From assembly GCA_002269645.1 (NCBI GenBank), contig NIVC01000655.1, positions 372,001-436,000 of the forward strand: DNA of 64,000 bases, read 5' to 3'. The stretch is from Macrostomum lignano (taxonomy: Eukaryota). The notes beneath the pieces are model-generated. The model was not told the DNA's origin. It saw only the letters and a program-made list of their open reading frames with translations, and searched no databases. The position numbers and the translations under genes are program-made. Positions 1 to 12,650 of the stretch are shown here, piece after piece (within the stretch, counting starts at the first letter, position 1; every line of letters starts with the position of its first letter).

Positions 1-250
1 CAATAAATCAATCAAACAGGCAATCCATCAATCAATGAAGCAGGCATTGAATCAATCAAGACGGCAATCTATCAGTCAACCAATCAATCAATCAAAAAAC
101 AGGCTATCAATCAATCAATCAAGACCCCCGGCAATCGAACAATCAATCAGACGATAAAACAATCAAGACGAAAATCTATCAATCAATCAATTGATCAAAC
201 AGGCAATCAATCAATCAATAAAGCAGGCGATAAATCAATCATAATGAATA
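1..250. repeat. Degenerate (AATC)n microsatellite
   Basis: Repeated caatcaatcaat blocks with interruptions, truncated by the window start. Confidence 0.8.
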
Positions 251-270
251 AAAAAACACATCAATCCAAT

Positions 271-525
271 TCACTTGTCCCTATCTTCATCATCAATAAT
301 AAGCCTGTTGCAAATTTTCAAATCGCCTAAACTCTCCACTTTGATCTGCTTAACGTAGCTGTTGCGGCCCACACGGCACTCGTAGCCGCACTTGGTGCCG
401 CCGCACCTGGCGCAGGGAAAATAACAGCCCGGACAGCCCAGCGTCAGGCAGTCGCACGCGTCCTGACCGTTGGCCACTATGCGGCCCTGGCTGTCGTAGA
501 TGCAGTCCGATTGGCCGGGCATGGA
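271..525 (-). CDS. ARL14EP: ARL14 effector protein-like, last exon (Cys-rich ARF7EP_C domain)
   Basis: YDSQGRIVANGQDACDCLTLGCPGCYFPCARCGGTKCGYECRVGR matches the recalled ARL14EP motif YDSQG...DLCDCL...C.GCFY.CP.CGS.KCG.ECR. Acceptor cccatcctcccgcag precedes 525; stop at 271-273. Confidence 0.85.
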   Translation of the reverse strand, partial: SMPGQSDCIYDSQGRIVANGQDACDCLTLGCPGCYFPCARCGGTKCGYECRVGRNSYVKQIKVESLGDLKICNRLIIDDEDRDK

Positions 526-625
526 CTGCGGGAGGATGGGCGGAGTAGCGCATCAGCTTGTGGCAATTTGAACTGACGATTTCCTCACGGCATTCCACTT
601 CTATGGTTAAACCTCAACCCTGATA

Positions 626-955
626 TCCCCAGTTGCTGTGCCAGTCTCCCAGATCCCCAGTTGCTGGGCCAGCCTCCCAGATCCTAAGTTGCTGGGCCAG
701 CCTCCCAGATCCTAAGTTGCTGGGCCAGCCTCCCAGATCCCCAGTTGCTAGGCCAGCCTCCCAAATCTCCAGTTGTTAGGCCAGCCTCCCAGATCCTCAG
801 TTGCTGGGCCAGCCTCTCAGATCTTCAGTTGCTAGGCCAGCCGCCCAGATCCCCAGTTGCTGGGCCAGCTTCCCAGATCCCCAGTTGCTGGGCCAGCCTC
901 CCAGATCCCCAGTTGCTAGGCCAGCCTCCCAGATCCCCAGTTGCTGGGCCACCAC
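626..955. repeat. 28-bp minisatellite (cccagatccccagttgctgggccagcct) in the ARL14EP intron
   Basis: About 11 visible tandem copies; explains spurious ORFs 745..1065 and 801..1076. Confidence 0.9.
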
Positions 956-987
956 CAAGCACCCCAGTCAGCGGAAGCGGAACACAC

Positions 988-1344
988 CAGCTGCTGCAGG
1001 CTGTACTGATGCTGGTACATCAACCCGGAGCCGGAACCGGCTCCAGCCATCGAAGCCGGGGCTGACAAAGCGTTAACACCCGCTCCGACGCCACCAGCAA
1101 TAAAGTTGGCGCGCCCGGCGCCTCTTTGGCGCCGTTTCTTCCTGGCAACAACGCTGTCAGCTTCGCCAGCGCTGCCGCCACCGCCACCGCCGCCGCCGCC
1201 GCTGGCTCCGTTGCTGCTCTCCTCATCCGACTCGGAGAAGCTTGGCAAAGCGGAGAATCGCGGGCCCGGATTGGACACGGCAACCAGCTTGCTGATCTCC
1301 CGGGACAGGCCGCGCAACTCCTGCCTGTTGCCGCTGTTGCTCAT
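988..1344 (-). CDS. ARL14EP: ARL14EP-like, first coding exon
   Basis: ATG at 1344; ORF has the L..SNPG motif of the ARL14EP N-terminal region plus a poly-Gly tract. Proposed phase-0 donor ctg|gtgtgt at 988/987 joins in frame to the exon at 525. The 3' boundary is inferred. Confidence 0.6.
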
Positions 1345-1794
1345 TTAATAGTGGCTTAATTAAATGGCTTTAAATTAAGTATTTACTACTTGGTGAGTAG
1401 TAAAGTCAGTGTTCAGTCAGAAAATGTTGAAATGAAATTGTTTCCTTACACTGAGAGAAGCAAATGACATGAGCCATGAAGGTATTCTGCTTATAATAAA
1501 CATACTGCTAGTGTTTCATCATAGCTATGGATAGGTTACAGGAATGCCTATTTACCAAAAATATTAATAGTAGCCACCTAATAACTAAAACTTAAAAGAT
1601 CATTAGAGCCCTCGAATTAATTAGTAGGAGAGGGGTAGAACAATAGAAATGAAAATTAATTTTGCCAGTTTTAACGCTTTCATGAAAGGAAATCTCACTC
1701 TCAAGTCCATTGGGTCAAGGACTCAAGCAACGTACGAGCATTTACCACATTGTGTGGTTGGGGCACAATGGACTAAAGTAAAGATGAATGGGGA

Positions 1795-2560
1795 GTATAA
1801 CATTTGCTTGCAGGAAATTTGCTTGCCGAACTTTACTTGCCGAAGCTTGCTTGTCGAAGTTTGCTTGCGGAACTTTGCTTGCAGGAAATTTGTTTGCAGA
1901 ATTTTGAAGTCTAATTTCTAGAAATTTGCAATCACAATTGTAAGATTTCAACTTACTGAATTATTTTCTTGTTTGCTTGCTTGTTTTGATTGCTTGTGAA
2001 GTTGGTCAGTCAATTATTACTTACTACAGAAGCTTTGCAAATGGATTCTTATCAGTGTCGACGTAAACTGACTTGACACTAAGCTTTCAAACTAGGCTTA
2101 TAGAGTTTCATTTTAAGAATTTAGTATATAAAAATCTATTCTGTACATTCTGCTGCCTAAATCATTAAATATGTGCATTGTTTGAAATTGTGTCCAATTT
2201 TTGTTGAAAATATATTCCCAGTAAAAAAACTAAATTATTCCATTTCTGCATTGGGGCTTTTCAAATCCTCCATATCCTCACACAAAATCATTAACACTAT
2301 AGGTGACTTCCACAAATCTTAGAAAATAAAAATTAGAAATATAAGAGCTAAATAATAGGTTCTTTGAGGTTCCGCAAGAAAACTGTGGCTGGCAAACCTC
2401 AGCAAGCAAAATTTCTGCAAGCAAAGTTCAGCAAGCAGACCTTGGCAAGCAAAACTCCACAAGCAAAGTTTGGCAAGCAAATTTCTGCAAGCAAAAGTCC
2501 CGCAAGCAAACTTTAGAAAGCCAACTTCTTGCAAGCAAATTTCATAGACCCAATGAATGC
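1795..2560. mobile_element. Possible foldback/non-autonomous DNA element with inverted subterminal TTTGCTTGC arrays
   Basis: Array of tttgcttgc motifs at about 1800-1900 and the reverse complement gcaagcaaa at about 2400-2540. Exact termini and TSD not resolved. Confidence 0.4.
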
Positions 2561-2744
2561 TATCTTAGCCAATGCTTTTTGACAATAAATAATAAGAAAC
2601 TGCTGATGAGTTATAGGTCACATATTGTGATTGCACTATATTTTGTCACTATATTATAGTGAATGATAGAACTCTTTTTCTTATCATTAGATATAGTCTA
2701 TATGGATAGGCTACAGGAAAAATTTATATATGGCTCGGAGCCTA

Positions 2745-2971
2745 GGTTTTTTTGTGCAAATGGGTGCGAATAGCATCCTGGTCTTAAAAATTGCACCCTG
2801 AAATAGACTCATGGTGCAAAAAGTGCACCAGAATTTTTTGCAAGGATGCGATGCAGATTTCACATTTAGTGTTATGGATGTGCAGCACATCCTGGTCTTG
2901 AAAATCGCACCCTGAAATCTAGCACAGGGTGCAAAATTGCACCCAAGTTATGGACGAAAAAAACCCAGTTA
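2745..2971. mobile_element. Possible MITE
   Basis: Begins ggttttttt and ends aaaaaaacc-cagtta. Internal direct repeat catcctggtctt.aaaat.gcaccctgaaat occurs twice. ggagccta flanks both sides (2737-2744, 2972-2979). TIRs are asymmetric. Confidence 0.4.
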
Positions 2972-4031
2972 GGAGCCTATAAAGGTTGGTAATGATTATG
3001 TTTGCTATATTATGTGTGCTATTTTTTATTCTATTACTATTTGCGAAAAGTTATTTTGTCTCCCATGAAAATTTTCCAGCCTACAAGCTAGTTGTAATGC
3101 TTAGAACTCTGAATTAAAGAGTTTAAGCCCCATTGGGTCCTATACTTAATTCTATTCAATATCCTAGGAAAGCAGAACTAGGACTTACATCTTATATATC
3201 TAGCAAAAAAGTTGTTTTGTTTGCCAGTAGACAAAAAGGTACCAAGCAAAATCATTTTGTACCACTATAGATAAAATATCTAGGTCATTTTGGTTACAAT
3301 AGGACTTTAACAACCCTTATACTTGTGTTGGTGCCCCAAACTTGGACTGCCTCCTTCAAAATGAGACTCTAGATCTACTATTAATTGGGTGCTTTATTAG
3401 TGTTTTTTAAATGTTAGTATGAAATAATTAGTTGTCATAATAATTTTGAAATTTTATTGTACTTCAATGTTGCTAAGCAACTAATTTCAAGACATTTATG
3501 CTGTAAAATAGGCTTAGCCTAACATTTTACAATGATATAAAGTGTGTTAATTTTAAATGTGTTAATATTATTTTCTTTACTTTTTTTATTAACTTGTTCA
3601 TGTTATGTCAATGTATATAATTCAAGAACATTTTTATGTATAAAAGCAAACTACACAAAGATTTTATTGCAATCCTAAATAATATGTTATAAAATATTCC
3701 CAAAGACAAGAAATAAAGAATAAATATTTACTTTCAACCAAGTAAAGAGTGCTAAACAATTGATAGGCCTTAAGTCACATTCTCATGTATATAATTAGAG
3801 CTGCAAATGACAGGGTAAGTGTACAATCTAAAACAAGTAATTACTGTTCACAAAACTCATTGCAAGAATAAAGGTGGCTATTCTAAGCTATCATTGAAAC
3901 TGTTCTCCTTTACAATGCTAAAATGTGGACACTAACTAGCTTATAGGCCTAGGAGCTGCAACTTAATGCCACTCATGCTAGATTCCTAAGAGCAACTTTT
4001 GGTATCTACCTATTATAGTTAGGAAGGTCTT

Positions 4032-4409
4032 TAGAGGTCGGACAGGATCCCGATCCCAATCCCAAAATCTTGGGATCCCAAGGAAAATTGAATTCCCGCA
4101 GGACCAGAATCCCGACCCTAAAAAACTCAAGATTTGGGAACAGGTTTTTTGATTAAAAATTTATAGAATTAGTGATTACTTGAAGGTATTTTGCTTTAAC
4201 TTGTACTCGTTACATTATTTACTTTGTTGGTTACAAAACTTCATATCAATTTCATTGTGTTTTACTTTTTGATCTTCACAATATTTTCTCAATTTTGTTT
4301 AACTTTACATGGACAATACACTAAAAGACCTGATCCCAATTCCAATCCCGAGAAAAAATTATTCCTGATCCTCATCCCACCCAAAGATTTCAATCCCGTC
4401 CGACCTCTA
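4032..4409. mobile_element. hAT-superfamily MITE
   Basis: TIRs tagaggtcggac.ggat / atcc.gtccgacctcta; perfect 8-bp TSD aaggtctt at 4024-4031 and 4410-4417; no ORF. Confidence 0.85.
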
Positions 4410-6845
4410 AAGGTCTTGGGTAGATACTATCTACTAGGGCTTACTCGCTGACTGCTACTACCAAAAACACCAATACTATCCACAAGGCACTTCAAGATGT
4501 GCTGATACTATCACTTCCTTCAAGGGCTACAAGCCTACAATAGCTTGGTAAGGCAAGAAGTCTACATTTCATTGACCTGCTTTTAAAGAGACATTGAAAT
4601 CTCAAATCCCCATGGATTCTATTCTGCATAAATCTGCACTTGTATGTGCCTAGTGCCTTATGATAGCAACCCAACTTGGCTTGCCCAGGGTTGATATAGT
4701 TTAGGCCTATTGTTGTTGTTCGAGAATGAAAACAAAACAAAATCTCAAAATTATTGACAACAAAGCACTAGGCCTATTTCAAAAAGAATGACAAAAAATG
4801 ATAACAAAGTCATTAATTATTTAATAGTAACCTTTAAGTTTAAAACACAAATAAACTTTAAAGAAATGCCTAATGCTCCATACTCTTTTATTACTAAAGA
4901 AGGCTTAACCTGTCACTATAATGAATGATACCAAAATGACTGTCACTGAAGTAACTATAATTCTAGGCAGATAGGCAGGCCTAGATAAAACTGTGATAAA
5001 GCAAAGTAAAATCTATTTATTTTATATGTTCTAATGCAAAAAAATATGGTAAAAACTATTCTTCTTGTCTAATTTTCTAGGCAAGGTAAAGCAAAGCAGC
5101 AGCTCGTGGATACAGAAAGTAGTAGTAGTAGTAAGTTTGGCTCAGGCAAGAAGCCTGTTTGGCCAGTATATTTCAGTGTATTTAATATTAATATTATTTC
5201 GATATAATGGGTCCATCTGTGCGGCGAGTTTTACAATAATATAGTATTTGAAAGGGCGCCAATTTTTTTTTCTACGAAACTTCAAAAATCTTTAACGGCA
5301 AACAAAGCAAAAAGTATTTAAGTAAGGAATTAAAAGACAAGTATGGTGTCACTTGAATCCGTAGGCGATAAAAATAAGTTCATATGTATTAATCAGACAA
5401 AAAAATCAGATGAAAGGATTGCTGGCAGTTATTAGGCATTAAATATGAAGGGTATTTTTTAAGCAAATATGTAAGAAAGAAATAACCAAAAATAGAGTGC
5501 TTAAATAAAAATAAGGCGCGATTAGAAAAAGAAAATTTTTACATAAATAAACGCGTAATACGGGATAGATTGCACCGGTATTGTTTACTCGAAGAGGGGT
5601 AGGGACTTAATAGCAAGAGATGCATAGTAGCAAGAGGGAATAGCAAGTAAAGTATCAAGGTAACCAGGGATTCAAAACCAGAAAATAAGTAAAACGTACA
5701 TATTTAAGTTGCATTGGTTTCTTAGAAAACCTTGATCAAACGAAGTTATATAAAAAAGTATAGGCCTAACTCCTGTATTATCTAGGTTTAGACTCTTATT
5801 ATTTTTGGAAAAAGAAAGTAAAGTTTTTTGAATAGCCAGAGAGAGATCAAATTAAAAGTTACAAACATAAGAAAGTGTACAAAATATTGTAAGAATTTTA
5901 AGTGTGGAAAAATTGTTTTTTCGACGAACTTGAGCGCATTGTTTGTGAAATTTCAAGTAATGTCCACAATTAATTATTTAAGAAACAAATTCGCAATTTT
6001 TGTGTTAGATAGAAGGTTAACTCTTTTAGGATTTATCAGGTAACTGATCGTTTCGCCCATAAACCGTTTCGGCCATGGACCTTTCAGAATTTCGCCCCTA
6101 CACCATCTCGCCCACAGACCCACAGACTTTTAGGCCTAGTATTTCTGGCTTTACCTTGCTATAACCGAAACCCTTTCTTACCCTCTGGTTGTTCAAATTG
6201 GCTTTAAAAAGGAAAAAAAGCAAAAAAGCAATTTAAAAAGCAAAGCGTTCCGCTTTCAAAAGGAATGACTTTTTAAAAACTCGTAGGCCTAATAAGCCTA
6301 AACAAAATTGCAATAAGAATAACACAATTGTTGTATCCACAATTCAAATCATATTTTTTACACATTTAAACTAAAAACTAGCATTGAAAAAATAAAGATA
6401 CATGTATGGCTGTATCTCTCAAATACATAGGCCTAGGCCTAATCACAATTTTGGCCCAAACACTTAGCCAAACTGGTTTATGGGCAAAATGTCCATGGCC
6501 AAAACAGTTTGTAAACAAAACAACCAGAATTTATTGGCATAAATTTACTTTTGTTCATGATTTTTTTCTTTTAAAATGGTGCCAATGATGCAGAATGATG
6601 AATGGGAGTTGTCTATAGGACTATGGTCTGTACTAGCCGCATAGAGTTGTTTGGGGCACAAAAATTTGGCTGAGTTTTATTGAGCTCAATCTCATAATGT
6701 CAACTAGTAACACAACTGGTAGGAAACATTTTTCAGTTCAGTTCAATGCAGTCCTAATTGGCTCAGATTCCTAAATTGGGTAATAATGACAAATCCAATG
6801 CAGAATGCTGCCAAAAGCCTTGGTAGGCCCTGGGTAAAAGCATCG

Positions 6846-7548
6846 CTATAAATACTCTTGGATGTGCAATTCAAAGAGGGCATCGCTAATGCCATGCATG
6901 GCCCAGAATTTTGCTTTGCAGTTGCCCCACATCCCTTCAATTGTGTTTGTGTGCAGCGTGGGGTCATTAGATTTAGGGTCCATAAAGTAAAGCCTATGAT
7001 TCACAACACCCTGGTTAGGCCTACCATGACCACCAACAGTGTTTGCCACTTGATTATTTGCCTGCCAGCAGTGCCAGCCATCTGTCAGGATCCATGTGCC
7101 AGGTAGAACATACTGCTGGATGATGCGCAGCAGTATAGCAGTAGACCTATCTGGTACAACCACCATGATGCACTTGGATGAGCCTCATTCTACCATTCCA
7201 AGCACCCAGTGACTGTCACAGTAGGCTCCCTAGTGATATTTGCAGTGAAAGAACCGACTTTCATTGATCTCAACCACGTGACTAGGCTCACCCAGCTGCA
7301 ATAGACATTGCAAACAAAGTTGAGCCAGTTGATGGCGGTACAGCTACTGATGCAACACTCGTGCATGACGGTTGACAATTTGACATGGACTCGTTTTTGG
7401 CCCAGCATTGCAACAGGGTGATCAGCTGCTGCAAATCTAGATGGCTGGCCTCAAAAAAGAAGCCCTTGAATATGCTCTCCTGGTGTCGACAGGTTTTATA
7501 GTCCCAGGCATAGCCATCAATGAATTGCTCTCCATCATACATGCGCAA
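6846..7548 (-). pseudogene. Decayed Merlin (IS1595/ISXO2-like DDE) transposase
   Basis: Reads DGYAW..CR..SI..GFFFE.S.L, then VVEINESRFFHCKYH*GA...WVLGMVE*GSSKCIMVVVPDRSTAILLRIIQQYVLPGTWILTDGW and VNH..YF.DP...HTNTIEGMW, the typical Merlin motifs. In-frame stops and frameshifts, and the first catalytic D reads N. Confidence 0.85.
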
Positions 7549-10500
7549 CCTCCAAATTTCGGTCGGCCGTGCAACTTAGTTTTAACAAAAATGTGACGTA
7601 GTTTTAGGCCAAAAATGTGACTTACATGTAAAAAACCCTAAAGCAAAATTTATGCAACTTTGGGTAAATGGCAGGAGTAACTATGAATGTCTTATAAAGC
7701 TAAAATGCTACTTAGCTACAGTTATGGGATGGTGAATTGTGCAGCTATACCATTGTTATTATGTGTACATGTATAGGCTTCCTGTAAAAATGACACTTAA
7801 GTAGTCCATGATCTGTACAAGCTAGGCCTTGAGCTATATGAGGCCTAGTAGGCAGTTTTATAGGCCTACTCACTTTTGAATCACTCAATCACTAACTCAC
7901 TCACTCTTTTGGCCTATTCCATATAAGATGGACATTTAGAAAATAGAAAAAAGTCAATATTTTTGCTTGTCATTGTCATTGCCTTATCAGCTAGTTTTTT
8001 TACTAAATCTTTTTTGTATATAATGTATACAATCTGTAACAGGCCTTTTGGCTCTCTATAAAATTCCACCGTTATGCCACCAAAGTTGTAACAAGGCTTT
8101 TTCTTCTGTCCTCCAACTAACTTCACTAACTATCACCAAGTTGTTACAAGGGTTATTCCTACAGTTATCCTGATTATATTTGGTTTTTACTCCCTAACTA
8201 TTTCTTAGAATTTCATTTAAATATTTCTGGGTAGCATTCTTAGTAGCGTCTCTGGTGGTAGCTTCTGGCTTGCTTTCTGGTAGCATTCTGGTAGCTTATG
8301 GCCTGAGCGGTCTAGTACTGGTATATGTATTAGTGAATAGTCCTAATCGGGCATTACTGAGACTAGAGGGTCACGGCGCCTCTCGTAATACTTCTGTGAG
8401 TTATTCCCCGATTCCCTTTCTTAGCAAATCTCTTGGAATCGTTTCTCAGACTTTGCAAATGAATAAGTCGCTATTCAACTCGAAAAACTTTGAAAGGTTT
8501 AGATTGAACTGCTTATTTGTTCGCAATATTGCTCACAGGTAGAAGACAGTTAGAGTATATTTGTTGCAAAACCGCTCCTATATATACCCCTGAATTCCCG
8601 ATACATTTATAACAAAAAATTATTTCCCCAATTTTTTTTGCACATTAAAACAAACTATTATTTAGCATTTCGCGTAGATTCAGTTTCTAAGAAAGATTTG
8701 AATATACAGTTATTACATTGAAAGAACATTCAAGTATACTATTATAAAGGCATAGCACTAGTACAAATCTAAGAATAAATAAATGATAAAATGTTGGATT
8801 AGTATGTTATCAATTGGCAAAAAGTTATTTTTGTAAAAAGTTAGACATTTTCTAAGCAAAAGACATCATTAAGTTTATGTACCTTTTAAAAACAAATAGA
8901 AAGCTTTAGAAGGTTAAAACAAACTATATATAAAATTATAGTACTTGTATCATCAGATAAAAACATTATCAACCATATAATCTATTATATTTTTAATATA
9001 TTAGTACTTCAAAGTTACTAAACTGACAGAAAAAATATGTTACAACCATAATGTTACGACCATAAGGCTGCCTTTTCTTTTGTATCTTTGTTGCCTTTTG
9101 AGTTTATATATTCTAATAAGAGTATGACTTCTAAAGATGTTCTTAGTCAAATTTTAAAAAAAATTATTGCAAAATATCAAAAATGAAAAATGTTATAAGA
9201 CTTTTACCTTTTAGTTTCTATATGTCAAAAATCCTGTTGTTACGACTATAAGTGCCATTCAAGATTTAATAGTATCTATACTAATGATGATATCTATATG
9301 AAACTTTATAAACATATTCTTGACAAAATATTCTTTCATTCAAAATATTGGTTTGTTTAGTATATTCTATTATTAGATTTCATTTTATAAGTAAAAATAG
9401 TCTGTCATGTTATGACCATAATTAAATAGAATGGCCCTTTTATACCTTATCTCATTCACTTACTCACTTGCACACTGATCACTCACTCAAAAGTTACTAT
9501 GATCACTCTTAATACATTCAAAATGTATGGCACAAAATGCACATACATGTACATTTACTCTCATTCTCTCCCTTTGCTTTCTCCAAAATTCTCTGCTTTG
9601 AATACATAGTAAAATATACACAATGTGCTCATATATATATGTAGAATATGTAGAATTCCTTTAGGCATTGGGCCTAAGATGCGCTTTTTCAGTTATGTAA
9701 GTGAACAATAGTGGAACTAACTTGCTTTTGTCAAAATATATATAAACCTTTGTCAAAATGAATGGCACCTCTAAATCTATGTACTATACCAACATATCAA
9801 GATGCTTAGTATTTGTTTGTCTCAATTGTCTATAATGCAAGTCTAGATGCACACAGATGCCAAATATATGCTCATATAATCTAATATACAAGCTTGTGAA
9901 AAAACTTTTCATATTTCAGCAACTTAGCAATCAAATTTTTAAAGGCCTTTTTGAAAGTGAAGTTAAATCTAATTACTCAAGCTTTTGCTCTCAAAAGCAT
10001 TGTTCATGCTCATCTACTGCTAAAAGTAATGAACTATGGTTTTGTTAAAGATATTGTTAAAATTGCCGTGGTTGACTTGCAATCATATTGGGCCATTTAT
10101 TTGTCTTGGGTCATTTTGATGTGACCCATCTTGGGACGCTTCCTCCTCATCTAACTTTACTACCCATCAACAACCAATAGCAATGCTGGAAGATTGGTAG
10201 CTCTCCCTCAATTCTAGTAGCCAGTAAGATCTGTGCCAGTCTTGGTATATGGCTGTGTTAGTTGTGCATCTTGTCTAATTCTGAATGAGTTCAAATATTA
10301 TTAGCAAAAAAGTAACTAGCATAATATAATTTCTAAAGTTTTCTAAAACATTACTTTAGAATTGTACTGATACACTATTTATAACTAGTAGCATCAACCA
10401 ATATCAATACATATAAAAAATGAAAACTGTGTGTCCCTCTGTGTGTACAAATGTGATCATTATGGACTCCTAAACTGCTCAAATAATTTACACGATATTT

Positions 10501-10622
10501 CACACCTACCATGAATGAGTCTAATTATTGAAAACTTTTATTCTAGCAAAAATAAAGCAACTTAGATAAGTTAAGTTTCAACTGTTTGACCAACCCAAAC
10601 TTTTCATGCGTCTACAAAAATT

Positions 10623-11006
10623 ATGTCAACCCCTGTTGTACTTCGGGTGAAAAAGCGCAAATTGGCATCCCTGTCTGGTGGCGCCATTGCAGCAGCGGCA
10701 TCTGCAGCACAGCCTGACAATGCAGATGAAGAAGCTACCGTAGCAGCAGTTCGTCTGCTTCTGCAACAGCCTCCGAATGCTAAGCGAGCCAAGCTTAGTG
10801 AGCAGCAATCTGGCGGGCTGTTTGTCTACGCTGGCCGGGTGAGCAGCGCTGATGTCGATGCAGCCGAAGCCGCTGTCAGGCGAGCTATTGGCAAACGGAA
10901 GCTGGGCACAGAAGCTGACCGACTGCGTCGGCGATTGGGCGAGCGACCGTCCGAGGGTGAAGGTCGATTGGTTTATAAACGGCGGAAGCGCGCTCAGCCA
11001 ACGGAG
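10623..11006 (+). CDS. SLC7A6OS: SLC7A6OS/Iwr1 RNA polymerase II nuclear-import factor, exon 1
   Basis: N-terminal VVLRVKKRK motif; donor gag|gtaagt at 11006/11007, phase 0. Confidence 0.75.
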
Positions 11007-11117
11007 GTAAGTCGGGATCAGCTGTGTGCTAGAATGGTGTCTGTTTTTTTATTAAGCTCTCAGGGTCTCCTGTGGGGTCTTCGTACTTTGCCAGCCGGAG
11101 ATTTACAGTAGAGGTGG

Positions 11118-11190
11118 CTGGCAACTTTCTCGGCTGTGGCAACCTTCTCGGCTGTGGCAACCTTCTCGGCTGTATCAACACTCTCGGCTA
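11118..11190. repeat. 18-bp tandem repeat in SLC7A6OS intron 1
   Basis: ggcaaccttctcggctgt, 3-4 copies. Confidence 0.7.
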
Positions 11191-11252
11191 GCAAAGTTCT
11201 GTGGGTGAATGTCTGCGCTAAACGCCATAAAATTTATACATGCACTTTTCAG

Positions 11253-11619
11253 GTGGTTGTTGCCAAGGCACTAAAAACAGTCGACCGTGTCGCTACTACT
11301 CAGCTGGGGACTGCCGCTGCTGCTGCTACTGATGATACTACTGACAAAAGTAGTAGCCAGCAGTTTCGCATAGTCGATTTTGAATTAGCCGGGTCGCGTA
11401 GGCGGGCCCTCATGAGCCGGCAGAAAGATTCGGAACAGATCGCGTGTAACGGCGTTGCCATGACAACTAAAAAATCTGCCGACAAAACTGATGAAGCTGC
11501 GGTTAGCCAAGATGATGGCGACGAGAACTGTAAAGATTCCAATAGAGATGAAGTTGATTCAGAGAGCGATGGAGACGTTTACTATGACCTGTACTATGGA
11601 TACAGCGACGCTTGCATTG
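11253..11619 (+). CDS. SLC7A6OS: SLC7A6OS/Iwr1, exon 2
   Basis: Acceptor cacttttcag; FRIVDF, IACNGVAM and DVYYDLYY match family motifs; phase-1 donor g|gtgtgt. Confidence 0.75.
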
Positions 11620-11684
11620 GTGTGTTTCACTCTGCTGCTAAGCTTTTAATAAATAAGCCACATTGGACCTTACTATCTCTACTA

Positions 11685-11820
11685 GCTGGGCTGACCTCTC
11701 AGATCCTCAGTTGCTGGGCCATGCAGCCTCCCAGATCCTCAGTTGCTGGGCCAGCCTCCCAGATCCTCAGTTGCTGGGCAAGCCTCCCCGAGTGTCAGTT
11801 GCTGGGCCAGCCTCTCAGAC
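11685..11820. repeat. 28-bp minisatellite in SLC7A6OS intron 2, same family as 626-955
   Basis: cccagatcctcagttgctgggccagcct, about 4 copies. Confidence 0.85.
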
Positions 11821-11909
11821 CTTTCCAGCAGCGAAGCCGCCCAATCCAGATGCCAGCTTGCACTGCATCAGTTCAGTTTAGCATTCCCTGTCAACCGCCC
11901 CACCCGCAG

Positions 11910-12418
11910 CCCGCGGCCCGCTGCCCGTGCCCGGCAGCGAGAGCCAGCAGGAGCACCAGCAGATGCAGTTCCTGCTTCAGGCCTACGAAGAGGCCTACAG
12001 CTACGCAGACGACCCGGATGCTGTCGGCAGCAGCGGCGGTGGCTGTTTCACCGTTATCGACGGCAATAGCGACGATTCAGATTCGAATAGCGAGTCCAAT
12101 TGGCGCAACGAATATCCGGACACACCGTCCGAGGACGAGTCGGCCAATGGCTGCTTGGCGGATAGCGAGGACGAGGACGACGATTATGTCGACGATGTCG
12201 ATCCGTACGACGACGACGGTGGCGGTGGCGACGTCGGTCGACTGGCTGGCCGACTTGGCCGAGTCCGATTCGTTCAGCAACAATTGGAGCCGTCGGATAG
12301 CGAAGAAGACGACCGAGACCTGGCCGATTGGCGCCAATTTAAACAGCAGTTATTGAATAGCGGCGACGATGGGCCTTCGAGTTTGGCCGCTGTTGGCGCT
12401 TCGCAGGAACAGCCGTAG
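11910..12418 (+). CDS. SLC7A6OS: SLC7A6OS/Iwr1, exon 3
   Basis: Acceptor ccccacccgcag is phase-compatible; contains the Iwr1 hallmark DSNSESNWRNEYPD and an acidic tail; stop at 12416-12418. Confidence 0.8.
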
Positions 12419-12650
12419 CCCAGTTGTGCCATTCACCGACATGTTTATTAACTATAATAGAGCATTGTGTACTCTTTATTTATTATAGCCTCTCTGGCTA
12501 TTATTGAGGTCGAATCATTGTGAATCGTTCTGTTCGATATACCGTTTTTAAACAAGTTTTTAACCAAGAATGCATTTCTGTCTGCTTATATTTTATTTCG
12601 TGTTTGTTGCTTTTTTTCTTTCCCATTGAATTAGTAGGTAGTTGTTGCTA

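Noticed and set aside
6040-6530. Possible MITE with cgcccataaacc/ggccatggac inverted motifs
   Set aside because: Inverted motifs are present but termini and TSD could not be defined.
10403-10530. Helitron-like 5' fragment (atacatataaaaaatgaaaactgtgtgt...)
   Set aside because: Resemblance is from memory only; no 3' hairpin or CTRR end identified.
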